NCBI RefSeq assembly: GCF_006345805.1
Contig: NC_043000.1
Span: forward strand, 16,244,001 to 16,308,000
Direction of reading: 5' to 3'
DNA: 64,000 nt
Source of the DNA: Octopus sinensis
Taxonomy: Eukaryota
Within the stretch, counting starts at the first letter, position 1. Each line of letters opens with the position of its first letter. Positions 13,862-24,097 of this stretch are shown here, piece by piece. Under the pieces are notes generated by a model. That model saw only the letters and a list, made by a program, of their open reading frames with translations, ran no database searches and had not been told where the DNA came from. A program made the position numbers and the translations under genes.

Positions 13862-14543
13862 TACAGGAGTACTTGGAAGGAATGTGTGTAGCATGTGATC
13901 GTCGCATTCACCAATCTGCATCAAATTTTGTCAGAGGCCTACACAAAGTTGCAGAAAGTGTACGGAGAGGAGTGTATGAACAAAAAAAAAATATTGATGG
14001 TGATGAACATTCTAGGAGATCCGCAACCAATAGAACTGAGAAAAGCACAGCAGATGCAAGGGAAAATCGTCAAAACACCATCCGTGAATTATCAGAGGAT
14101 GTGTAGATTAGTTTGGTTCAGTCCATTATCACTGAAGATTTGGGTACGAGATGTGTGTCTGCCAAGTTTGAGCCAAAACTACTTTCAGCTGACAACACAC
14201 CTGCACATTCAGTGCAGCAGTTTTTGGCTATGCACAGCATTCCCCAGGTCCAACAGCCACTGTATTGCCCAAATCCCAACGCTTGCGATTTTTTCCTCTT
14301 TCCAAAAATCAAATCCTGCTTGAAAAGAAGATATCAGGACACCGAGGAAATCAAAGTGAATGTGATGAGGCAGCTGCTGATTATCCCAGAGAATGAGTTC
14401 CAGGAATGCTTCCATCAAGGAAAACAGTGCTGGATTAAGTGTGTGACGTCCGAAGGGGACTACTTTAAAGGAAATTAAATGCCAAAATTGGTACATGTAG
14501 ATTTGTTTTGATAGCACCAGTCCGGATACTTATTGGTCAAACC
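13862..14543 (+). pseudogene. Internally deleted, frameshifted mariner transposase remnant with right TIR
   Basis: C-terminal motifs DNTPAH...PLYCPNPNACDFFLFPKIK...WIKCVTSEGDYFKGN (compare DNAPAH, PPYSPDLAPCDF); N-terminal fragments LQKVYGEECM and DGDEHSRRSATNRTE; TIR-like ccagtccggatacttattggtcaaacc; left TIR not seen. Confidence 0.85.
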
Positions 14544-14544
14544 A

Positions 14545-14830
14545 GGCTTCTTTCAGTTTCCACCTACCAAATCCACTCACATGGGTTTGGATGGCCTAAT
14601 TCTAGAGATGATGATACTTGTCCAAGGTATCACGCAATGCGGCCGAACCCAGAACCATGTGGTTGAGAAGCAAGCTTCTTACCACACAGCCTTGGCTGTG
14701 TGATTAAGTTTGCTTCCCAAACATATGGTTTTGAGTTCAGTCCCACTGCATGACACCTAGGCCAAGTATCATCATCTCTAGAATTAGGCCATCCAAACCC
14801 CTGTGAGTGGATTTGTTAGTGAAGAAATGT
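14545..14830. repeat. Head-to-head palindromic pair of SINE family 1 heads
   Basis: Centre cacacagcc-tt-ggctgtgtg (14683-14702); arms share a near-identical 53-bp tract (14568-14620 and 14763-14815). Confidence 0.85.
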
Positions 14831-15649
14831 GTGTGTGTGGTTTCTAGTCTTGACATCACATGACAGCAGCAAATGAGCCATTGTCATACAAACAGTATTA
14901 TTCATTTCCAATATCCTGTGATAACATGGCGAAATATTGCCTTGCTTGGAAATGGAGACAGGAGGGACATCTGGCTATACAAAACTTGCTTCATCAAATT
15001 CCGTCTAACGCATGCAAGCATGGAAAAGCGGATGTTAAAACAACAAAAGTAATCACTATGTTGTCTGTACTGTTCATTTGGAAAATTAGCAATCAGGAGC
15101 TGCTACCTTTTTTTCTTCTAATTTACATATCCCTTACAAAATCTCCCGAATAACTCCAATATTATAACTATCAAATTGGTCTTCTACATGATATGACAAA
15201 TCCTTGAAATAGAGTCAGATTTTCTGATAATTTTACACCATGCTACTGTCCCAAGGCCAACCCTCATCAAGCAGACCTATGAACCAAAGCATTCCGGCAA
15301 TGACCATCCAACCATTTCATAGTTTATTTTAGACTACATTTTCTGATATATTATTTTTTTTAACCCTTTGATACCAATCTACTGAAAACAACCCTGGCTC
15401 CATGTTAAAATTCTCCTGATTTTAAATCTTCCATATCCAGCCCAAATATTCTATCTGTTTTCTGTTCTAACTAGCTAGATCCAGCCTCTCACACCTACCT
15501 ACAATGTGATTCTGAAATAAAACATTCACATCATTGAACTCTCAAAACCATGAAATAATGCAGGATGATTTCAATACAATGAGAATAAATAAGTATTACA
15601 TTTGATAAAATAATGTGAATGCCAAAAAGTAATCTAAATTAAAATCTTC

Positions 15650-15966
15650 TTTTACTCTTTTACCTGTTTCAGTCACTTGACTGTGGCCATGCTGGAGCAC
15701 TGCCTTTAGCTGAGCAAATCAACCCCAGGACTTATTCTTTGTAAGCCTAGTACTTATTCTATTGGTCTCTTTTGCTGAACTGCTAAGTTATGGGGACAAA
15801 CACAGACACATACACAACAGGCTTCTTTCAGTTTCCGTCTACCAAATCCACTTACAAGGCTTTGGTCGGCCTGAAGCTATAGTAGAAGGCACTTGCCCAA
15901 GGTGCCACGCAGTGGGACTGACCCCGGAACCATATGGTTGGTAAGCAAGCTACTTACCACACAGCT
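15650..15966 (-). mobile_element. SINE family 1
   Basis: Reverse complement of the family-1 head and tail. Confidence 0.85.
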
Positions 15967-16067
15967 ACTACTTTGCCTGCTTAATAATGAAAAATTGTCT
16001 AAATTCCTCATTATTATCAAAATTAATTGAAACAAGCACAGCATATTTCAAGAGAAATCATCATCAT

Positions 16068-16330
16068 CGTTTAATGTCCGCTTTCCACGCTAGCACGGGT
16101 TGGACGGTTCGACCGGGGTCTGGGAAGCCAGGGGCTGCCCCAGGCTCCAGTGTGATCTGGCAGAGTTTCTACGGCTGGATGCCCTTCCTAACGCCAACCA
16201 CTCCGCGAGTGTAGTGGGTGCTTTTTACGTGCCACCTGCACAGGTGCCGGGGGGGGGGGGGGGGCATCGGCCACGATCGATTGGAGCTTTTAATGTGCCA
16301 GCGGCACGGAAGCCAGCCAAGGCGGCGCTG
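16068..16330 (-). mobile_element. RTE-like 3'-end element with internal G16 run
   Basis: catcatcatcgtttaatgtccgc tail; gcacgtaaaaagcacc units; G16 at 16249-16264. Confidence 0.75.
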
Positions 16331-16624
16331 GCAACGTACGAAGAATATGATTTGAAAGAGACCAGGCTGCTATTTCTAACATGTAGATGCTTTATCAGTT
16401 TTACCACGCAGAAGGTTTGGCATCATTTAATCAGACATGAACTTGGGGTCAAGAACATCAAGCTAGACACTGCACATCAGAATTATACATGCTCTTAAAA
16501 TGAAATGAAGTGAAAAGGCAATCAAAATCTGTTCAGCTTTTGTGGTTGCTTAGTCAGTTCTATGAGTAATAAGCTACTGACATTAGTGATCCAGTTTATT
16601 GTCTCATCCCCTCCAGATATTTAC

Positions 16625-16815
16625 CAGAACCAATGGAGCAAGTCATTGCCAATTGATGTGTCTCTTAATGTCAACATTACAACTGTAGCATGAAGCAGGA
16701 ATGCAACAATGGTGTATACAGTACGACAGATCAGTTCTAACAAGTGTAGCATAAAGAGGTATTCAGAAGCAGATGATGAGCAAAACAAGGAGTGTGTGTG
16801 TGTGTTGGAAGCTCT
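16625..16815 (-). other. Candidate exon of an unannotated nested transcript
   Basis: About 280-nt polypyrimidine tract, then ttgcag|; donor tctg|gtaaat; internal ATG at 16752 opens MLHLLELICRTVYTIVAFLLHATVVMLTLRDTSIGNDLLHWF. No homologue recognised. Confidence 0.3.
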
Positions 16816-17143
16816 CTGCAAAGATGTTTGTAAATAAAATGAGTCAGAGAGAGAGAGAGAGAGAGAGAGAACCAAAGATAGATGCAAAGAGAATAAGATG
16901 GAATAATGTAGACAGACCAAGCAACCAAGTGGGAAAGATAAAGGCATGGAGGGATGGGGACGAAAGAGAAAGCAACCGGAACAAGAACGCATAAGAGAAA
17001 TAGATCCAAACAGCAGGAACAGAGATAGATAAAGAAAAAGGGTAAGGAATAGAGAAAGATAGGGACACAAAAAGGGTATACAGAGGAGAGAGAATTTTCA
17101 AGAGCCAAGCAGATAGCTAAATAGCGATATATATATATATATA

Positions 17144-17308
17144 TAGGCGCAGGAGTGGCTGTGTGGTAAGTAGCTTGCTAACCAACCACATGGTTCCGGG
17201 TTCAGTCCCAATGCGTGGCATCTTGGGCAAGTGTCTTCTGCTATAGCCCCGGGCCGACCAATGCCTTGTGAGTGGATTTGGTAGACGGAAACTGAAAGAA
17301 GCCTGTCG

Positions 17309-17344
<36 letters not shown>

Positions 17345-17534
17345 TGTGTGTGTGTTTGTCCCTCTAGCATTGCTTGACAACCGATGCTGGTGTGTTTACG
17401 TCCCCGTCACTTAGCGGTTCGGCAAAAGAGACCGATAGAATAAGTACTGGGCTTACAAAGAATAAGTCCCGGGGTTGATTTGCGGTGCTCCAGCATGGCC
17501 ACAGTCAAATGACTGAAACAAATAAAAGACTAAA

Positions 17535-17535
<1 letters not shown>
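17144..17535 (+). mobile_element. SINE family 1, full length
   Basis: ggcgcaggagtggctgtgtggtaag head, central (TA)n(TG)n, tail gactgaaacaaataaaagac. Confidence 0.9.

Positions 17536-17536
<1 letters not shown>

Positions 17537-17586
<50 letters not shown>
17537..17586. repeat. (AT)25 microsatellite
   Basis: Perfect dinucleotide run. Confidence 0.95.
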
Positions 17587-17588
<2 letters not shown>

Positions 17589-18034
17589 CAGTGTGTGTGT
17601 GTGCGCACACCAGATAAAGCCTATAGTTATAGTAACATTGTAAGACACACACACTACTCATTACTATTCGTTCTAGACAGCTAATCAGTCTCGCACATCA
17701 CTCATCATGCTCAAACCGTCTAGTTGCCTTAACTATAACCAGGTGTAGCATTGCTGTTCTTCGTTAGGCAGCAGCATGTTGCACCCACTACTTCATATAG
17801 CTACACACTGTATTTTGCAATGAAGCTACATACTGCTGCAGTGAGAATCAGAGAAACAAGGCTATTACAACAAACACACACACACACCTTGCAGTAGAAG
17901 TTCAGGTGCCACAATTCAGCTACTAATGCTAATAGTATTAATGTAAGTGCTATAGATTATCTGCTATTTGGCAACACATCTAGGTGAAATACCGGCCTTC
18001 TAATGAATGACACACTTTACATAAAGATAGTTAC

Positions 18035-18066
18035 CTGTACAGACAGGCAGACAATGAGACATAACA
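18035..18066 (-). other. Candidate 32-nt exon
   Basis: (TC)n tract then ctctctcag|; donor gtacag|gtaact. Confidence 0.35.
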
Positions 18067-18067
18067 C

Positions 18068-18068
18068 T

Positions 18069-18102
<34 letters not shown>

Positions 18103-18241
18103 TGAGGGAGGGAGAGACTATAAGGAGCTGCATATGGAAATACAGCTTTTGAAATAAATATGTAAAATTAAAGCTTGATACAAATGCAAAAAGTCTTGTA
18201 ATGAGAGGAATGAGTGTGTGTGTGTGTGTGTGTGTGAGTGT

Positions 18242-18281
<40 letters not shown>
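18068..18281. repeat. (GA)n and (TG)n(GA)n microsatellite cluster
   Basis: GA runs at about 18068-18111 and 18243-18281; TG run at about 18214-18242. Confidence 0.9.
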
Positions 18282-20050
18282 ATGGAGAGAAAATTAGGCA
18301 AAAACAGAGATGATGGAGAGAAGAGAGAAATCTTGAGATGGCAACACCCACATACAAATTTTTGCAATGGCTGTAATTCCCTCAAGTAGTTTGCGGCAGA
18401 TTGTCTGTCTCCATGCCATTTGGTATAATGTGACAACGGAATCACAGTCATAATAATTATGCATAATGTGTGTGTGTGTGTGTGTGTGTGTGTTGACAAG
18501 CAAAAACCTCGCATATGTTGGCTGTAGACTAACCAGCTCCAAATCCAAGCCTTACTAACCAAACAACAAACCACACAATACAACAACATGCAATCCTTCT
18601 CTGCAAGGACCGCAACCCTATGGACTACTTATTACAATGCCCTGCTGCACTAACCCATATGCTTTACCTCCAACCCAATCAACTGTGGCTGGTGGCTCTT
18701 TTGCTTTTCTTCTGTTTTTGCTCAACATGACAAATAAAATAATGTTTTAAAGCCATCAACATCACAAAACAACTTGGTTATTCGGCCTCTCCTCCACCCA
18801 CACACATCAAGAAACAGCAATACAACAACATCGCACATTCTGACACAGCATCACTGCATCTCAACCAATCACTGCACAGCAGACTGTGCAACATGGTCTC
18901 AGAATACAGTGAACGCACATTCAGTAGTGCCGTACCTGAGTAGCTGATGGCTACTTCTGTAGCATGAGTCTTCAGAAAGCAGCATTAACCAAGGGTAATC
19001 AATAATATTCCCCAAAACTATACAGCAAAACTCTTCATTGCAAAGACAACAGACCAAGCAAAGGAGCGATTCCCTTCCTTCCTATCTGACCCCACCCTAT
19101 CTCTCTCTCTCTCTCTCTCTCACAAATTTCACCTACTAATCAAACCCTGGTCCCAATTACACCAGGTTTAGGCACAAATATGTTCCATCTAAGCAGCTAT
19201 GGTACAAAATTTTCTCTCTTCTTCAAAATCAAAAGTATATACCAGTAGAATAATAGATACAGCTGTGTTGAGTTCTTGTTACATTATATATGGTCCATAG
19301 GCATACATTTGATGTTAACCATCATCTGCCAAGTAAATTCATATCAGCTTATATATTATGACTTGAAGTTATTTAGCAAGAGACGGGGGATAATATTTTT
19401 TATGAGGAGAAAATAGAGAAGCATTAATATAGACATACGGAAAGGTAAGATGGAAAACAGATATAGAGTAAAACAGACAAAATAAAAGGGAGAGAGAAAA
19501 ACAATTGAGAAGAGGGAGAGCAAGACAGCAGGAAAAAGAGAGAGATATACATATTGATAAACAAGCGTATCAATATTTTGGCCACTACACAATCAAATGT
19601 GTGTGTGAGAATAAGAGCTGCAGAATTAGATAATCCACTGCAGTTCAGTGCAAACAGTGTGTGTGTGTGTGTGTGTGTTTAATTCAGTTAAAGCAGCAGT
19701 CAGTTGGCAAATCTGATTATATAGCTATAAGAACTGGCATTGATTTTTCATTTGTTGCTGTAGCTATTCAGAAGAAATTGGCTTTCAATGTACAACATCA
19801 CCAAAGCTCAACTGGTTCTATTTTTCATAGGAAGCAGGCTGACATAAAAGTGCTGCTTTGCTGTCACAAGACTTAAGTGCCAGAGAAGTTTTAAACATCT
19901 AAAAACCAATTTTGTACGCCAGAAAATGACTACAAACAGAAACAGATCTATCAGCATACACTCAAAGATAAACCTTGAAATTAAGATTTATTAAGTTATA
20001 CTGCTGAACAGAGCTTTCTAACCCAAAATATTAAGTTAATCATCATTAAA

Positions 20051-20272
20051 CCCTTTAGTGTTCAGATTACTCTGTTAAATGTAATATTTTTTTTACTCAA
20101 ATTGTTTTGAATTAATCATGCATTATCTTATAGCTTTGAGATTTCAATGACGTGATTGTTTAGTTTTAGAATGTCAATGTAGGTTAGGTGTGAGAGGCTA
20201 GATATGGCCAGTTTGAATATAAAACATGTAGAATATATTGGGCCAGATATGGCTGGTTTAAACACTAAAGGG
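20051..20272. mobile_element. piggyBac-like MITE (subfamily A)
   Basis: ccctttagtgttcag ... cactaaaggg|TTAA. Confidence 0.8.
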
Positions 20273-21264
20273 TTAATGTCAGATTTCTGTGCTGACATGG
20301 GTTGGACAATGGATTTGATAATAGAAATTTTTCTTTGAAACAAATTCTGACAAAGGTAAATCATTAGACAGATCAATTATAAGTATCCAAAGCTAGCATT
20401 CCATAAAATGCAAATAAACTCAGTAAAAAGTTAATTAAGATTTTTGTTTGTTTTGTTTGAGAGGATTCATTAGCATTTTAAGAGAAAAATATGAAGTTGT
20501 AACATTCATTCATTTGCTAAGAGCTTTAATAACAAATAGCTCCAGATGAGAATAGAAACTAAGTTACAAACAATGCAACCACCAGAGAGCCTTCAACTAT
20601 AAAAGTACCGAGCTGAGACCCTCTATGTGGCCTTTTCATCTTGCTGGAAATAGCAGCTAATTCTCCTCCAAATTACACTTTGTCTTCAGAAACTGAAAAC
20701 AGAGGAGATCTCTTTATTCAAGTAATTATTTAAATGATGGCTAGGCATGTAGCTTAGTGGTTAGAATATTTGGCTCATGACTCTGGAGGCGTGTTGTGTT
20801 ATTTTACTTTGCTCCAGTTCACTCAACTAGTAAAAACGAGTTGTCCTTGTTACACTAAATCAATCTGATAACTATGTTAAAGTGTAGGCGTGTTTGTGGA
20901 ACGCGCAGCCGGTGCACATTCATTTCTGCAGATCAGGTCAACTGGAAAACTTGCGGTTTTGAACAATGGAGTGCCCACCACATAGTAAACCCACCTAATA
21001 ATCAATTACAGATGAAAAGAATAGTGTCAAGTTCACAAATATCCATGTAGTGACTTCCGTCAGACTACATAAATGGCCTTACATGACAAAGAAAATAAGA
21101 AATATCAGGTTATATTTATAGTTCAACGGTGCAAAAGCAATGTATATAAAATAGAATGGCTTCAAACAACTCTCAAAAGCATGGTTACTCCTTCACCTCC
21201 ATTATAAAGGAAGGAACTCTGGCTCTCACAGGACCTCAAAGGCTGATGAGGTTGACATGGTTAA

Positions 21265-21484
21265 CCCTTTAGTGTTCAGATTACTCTGTTAAATGTAATA
21301 TTTTTTTACTCAAATTGTTTTTAATTAATCCTGCATTATCTTATAGCTTTTGAGGTTTCAATGATGTGATTGTTTATTTTTAGAATGTCTATGTAGGTTA
21401 GGTGTGAGAGGCCAGATATCGCCAGTTTTGAATATAAAACATAGAATATTTGGGCTGTATATGGCTGGTTTAAACACTAAAGGG
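21265..21484. mobile_element. piggyBac-like MITE (subfamily A)
   Basis: TTAA|ccctttagtgttcag ... cactaaaggg|TTAT; very similar to the 20051 copy. Confidence 0.8.
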
Positions 21485-21655
21485 TTATTGTTGAGCTTTG
21501 AAAGTTGAAAGCAAAAGGGATCACACAGGGAGAAAAAGAAGTGTGAAACAAGAACACTGAAACATAAGTGCCACATAAATTCATGCCAAACAGAAAAATA
21601 GGCCTTTTGTGGGTGTCTGTGTTGCAGTAGCATCTGTGTCCCATATGTGGGAACT

Positions 21656-21825
21656 TGACTTGACAGCATTCACCCGGGGTGGGTTGAGATGGCTTCATTC
21701 ATCCTCAATGCTGCATCTCTTACAAACGCCAACCAGGCCTGGCGATTTGAGGCTAACGACCGCGTGATCGCCGACCATTCCCTATTCCAGCGATCCTTCA
21801 AACATTCCTCATGCACATATCTGAC
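21656..21825 (-). mobile_element. 5'-truncated RTE-type LINE insertion (170 bp) with 11-bp TSD
   Basis: Minus ORF end ...SLASNRQAWLAFVRDAALRMNEAISTHPG*, (CAAGT)n tail; TSD atgtgggaact at 21645-21655 and 21826-21836. Confidence 0.75.
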
Positions 21826-21964
21826 ATGTGGGAACTGTATTCCATTGAGTCTCACTTGAGATTTGCAAAGGGGCAACAGGGGTAGTAGTTAGTGCCCTCT
21901 TCTCAACAAGAAGGTCGTGTACCCTGATCATTAGCAAATTGTAAAATGAAGATTTGGGCCGATG

Positions 21965-22238
21965 CCCCCACCCTCGACTAGCTCATGTGCTGGCAGCATG
22001 TAAAAAGCACCATCCAAATGTGGCCGATGTCAGTGCTGCCTGACTGGCTCCCATTCCAGTGGCACATAAAAAGCACCCACTACACTCTCGGAGTGGTTGG
22101 CGTTAGGAAGGGCATCCAGCTGTAGAAATATTGCCAAATGAAATTGGAGCCAGGTGTGGCCTCCTGGCTTGCCAGTCCCCAGTCAAATCGTCCAACCCAT
22201 GCCAGCATGGAAAACGGATGTTAAACGATGATGATGAT
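21965..22238 (+). mobile_element. RTE-like 3'-end element
   Basis: Two gcac(a/g)taaaaagcacc units, catggaaaacggatgttaaacgatgatgatg tail. Confidence 0.75.
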
Positions 22239-22385
22239 AACGAGTACTAACTATAAGTGTATTGACATGAACATGCATATTCATGCTCTCCTACAAGTTT
22301 GTCTTTGTACTAAAACCACATTATAAAAACATTTAATATGGAAACATTTAACTCTGCTTTCTTCAGCCATTTATTCCCACCCTGT

Positions 22386-22755
22386 GGAGGCGCAATGGCC
22401 CAGTGGTTAGGGCAGCGGACTCGTGGTCGTGGGATCGCGGTTTCGATTCCCAGACCGGGCATTGTGAGTGTTTATTGAGCGAAAACACCTAAAGCTCCAC
22501 GAGGCTCCGGCAGGGGATGGTGGGGATCCCTGCTGTACTCTTTCACCACAACTTACTCTCACTCTTTCTTCCTGTTTCTGTTGTACCTGTATTTCAAAGG
22601 GCCGGCCTTGTCACTCTCTGTGTCACGCTGAATATCCCCGAGAACTACGTTAAGGGTGCACGTGTCTGTGGAGTGCTCAGCCACTTACACGTTAATTTCA
22701 CCGTTGATCGGATCAACCAGAACCCTCGTCGTCGTAACCAACGGAGTGCTTCCAT
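22386..22755 (+). mobile_element. tRNA-derived SINE family 3, full length
   Basis: ggaggcgcaatggcccagtggttagg (A box) ... ggtttcgattccc (B box); ends gtaaccaacggagtgcttccat; reverse copy at 47853-48234. Confidence 0.9.
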
Positions 22756-23039
22756 CCATTCCCACCCTATCTCTGTATGTACATGTGCTCACGTGTGCAT
22801 GCCTGCACACGTGTATTATTTTGGAATTGGTTCTTGAAGTACATAAAGCCATAAATAATAACATGTAAAAATAGGGTAGAAAAATACTTTCAGATAGAAA
22901 AAGTCAAGGGCTGCCAGTGGGGCTTGAACCCATGAATCAATTTCAAAAACAAATTGCTCCACATTTTCTTCAAAGTTACTAAATTCTTACAACATGTATT
23001 ACATATATACATATACATACATACACAAACATATACATT

Positions 23040-23208
23040 TATATCATCATCATCATTTAACATCTGTTCTCCATGATAGCATGGGTTGGACGGTTCGACT
23101 GGGGATCTGGGAAGCCAGAAGGCTGCACCAGGCCCAGTCTGATCTGGCAGTGTTTCTACAGCTGGATGCCCTTCCTAACGCCAACCACTCCGTGAGTGTA
23201 GTGGGTGC
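23040..23208 (-). mobile_element. RTE-like 3'-end element (short)
   Basis: catcatcatcatttaacatctgttctccatgatagcatggg...; inverted relative to the 23307 copy. Confidence 0.75.
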
Positions 23209-23306
23209 TGATATATATTTATATATTTTATATGATATTTATTTATTTATATATTATTATATTTTTAAATGTCGGACTTTATATGTTCTGTAGATATAAA
23301 TGAATA

Positions 23307-23720
23307 ATCGAAATCGATCAATGGAAATTGCAGATGAGTTACCAGTACCGGTGGCATATAAGAGAACCATCCGTTCGTGACCGTTGCCAGCGCCGCCCCG
23401 ACTGGCCTCGTGCCGGTGGCACATAAAAAGCACCATCCGTTCGTGTCCGTTGCCAGCCTCGCCTGGCCCCCATGCCGGTGGCACATTAAAAGCACCATCC
23501 GCCCGTGGCCGTTTGCCAGCTCTGTCTGGCACCTGTGCGGGTGGCACGTAAAAAGCACCCACTACACTCGCAGAGTGGTTGGCGTTAGGAAGGGCATCCA
23601 GCTGTAGAAACACTGCCAGATCAGACTGGGCCTGATGCAGCCTTCTGGCTTCACAGACCCCAGTTGAACCGTCCAACCCATGCTAGCATGGAAAACGGAC
23701 GCTAAACGATGATGATGATG
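23307..23720 (+). mobile_element. RTE-like 3'-end element with four ~62-nt internal tandem units
   Basis: Repeated gtgccggtggcac(g/a)taaaaagcacc; (GAT)n tail; possible 6-bp TSD tgaata; highly similar copy at 58385-58826. Confidence 0.8.
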
Positions 23721-23947
23721 TGAATATATGTGTTTGATCCTTCTGTGGATTTTAGTGATGTTCCTTTAGTTACTGCTTGCATTGCCTCCGCTCAGATTAA
23801 TAAGTGAAATATAGCTCATTTGGAGCACTACAATTCCAGTCTGTTTTATATTTTGAGTATTGTTATTACTAGCGATCTCAAGATATAACTTTGTATTTTG
23901 TATTTTACACACATACACACACAAAAACAAAGGAAATAGATACTTAC

Positions 23948-24097
23948 TTCAAGACTTCCTCTTTTGTTTTGTTAGTGAACAGAAGACCTGCCTGGCCTCT
24001 CAGCTGAGCACTCAATTTGTGTAAATTTTCACGGTACTCAGTTTCAAGAGATTTCCCTAAGGCCAATGCCATTACTTTGTTTTTGCCAAAGAAAAAT
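23948..24097 (-). CDS. MRTO4: mRNA turnover protein 4 homolog (Mrt4), internal coding exon, 150 nt
   Basis: [49 protein letters not shown] matches Mrt4/uL10 motifs ([14 protein letters not shown]); acceptor tttttttccag|, donor AA|gtaagt; phase 2 at both ends, in frame with the 61312 exon. Confidence 0.95.

Noticed and set aside
21241-21260. CTGATGA hits as hammerhead cores (also 13248, 58737, 61650)
   Set aside because: No helix II followed by GAAA with supporting helix I/III pairing.
23306-23335. Defined common 5' end of the 23307 and 58410 elements (possible ribozyme-set end)
   Set aside because: The 58385 copy extends further 5' with sequence also seen near 57410, so the 23307 copy is simply 5'-truncated.
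23307-23600. CRISPR-like repeat-spacer array
   Set aside because: Eukaryotic retroposon minisatellite; the spacers are homologous to each other, and there are no cas genes.
5000-23947. Next MRTO4 exon (expected WF...DFARxG...GPL..F.HSMEPQLR.LG)
   Set aside because: Searched by eye on the minus strand and not found; presumed outside the window, though a manual miss is possible.
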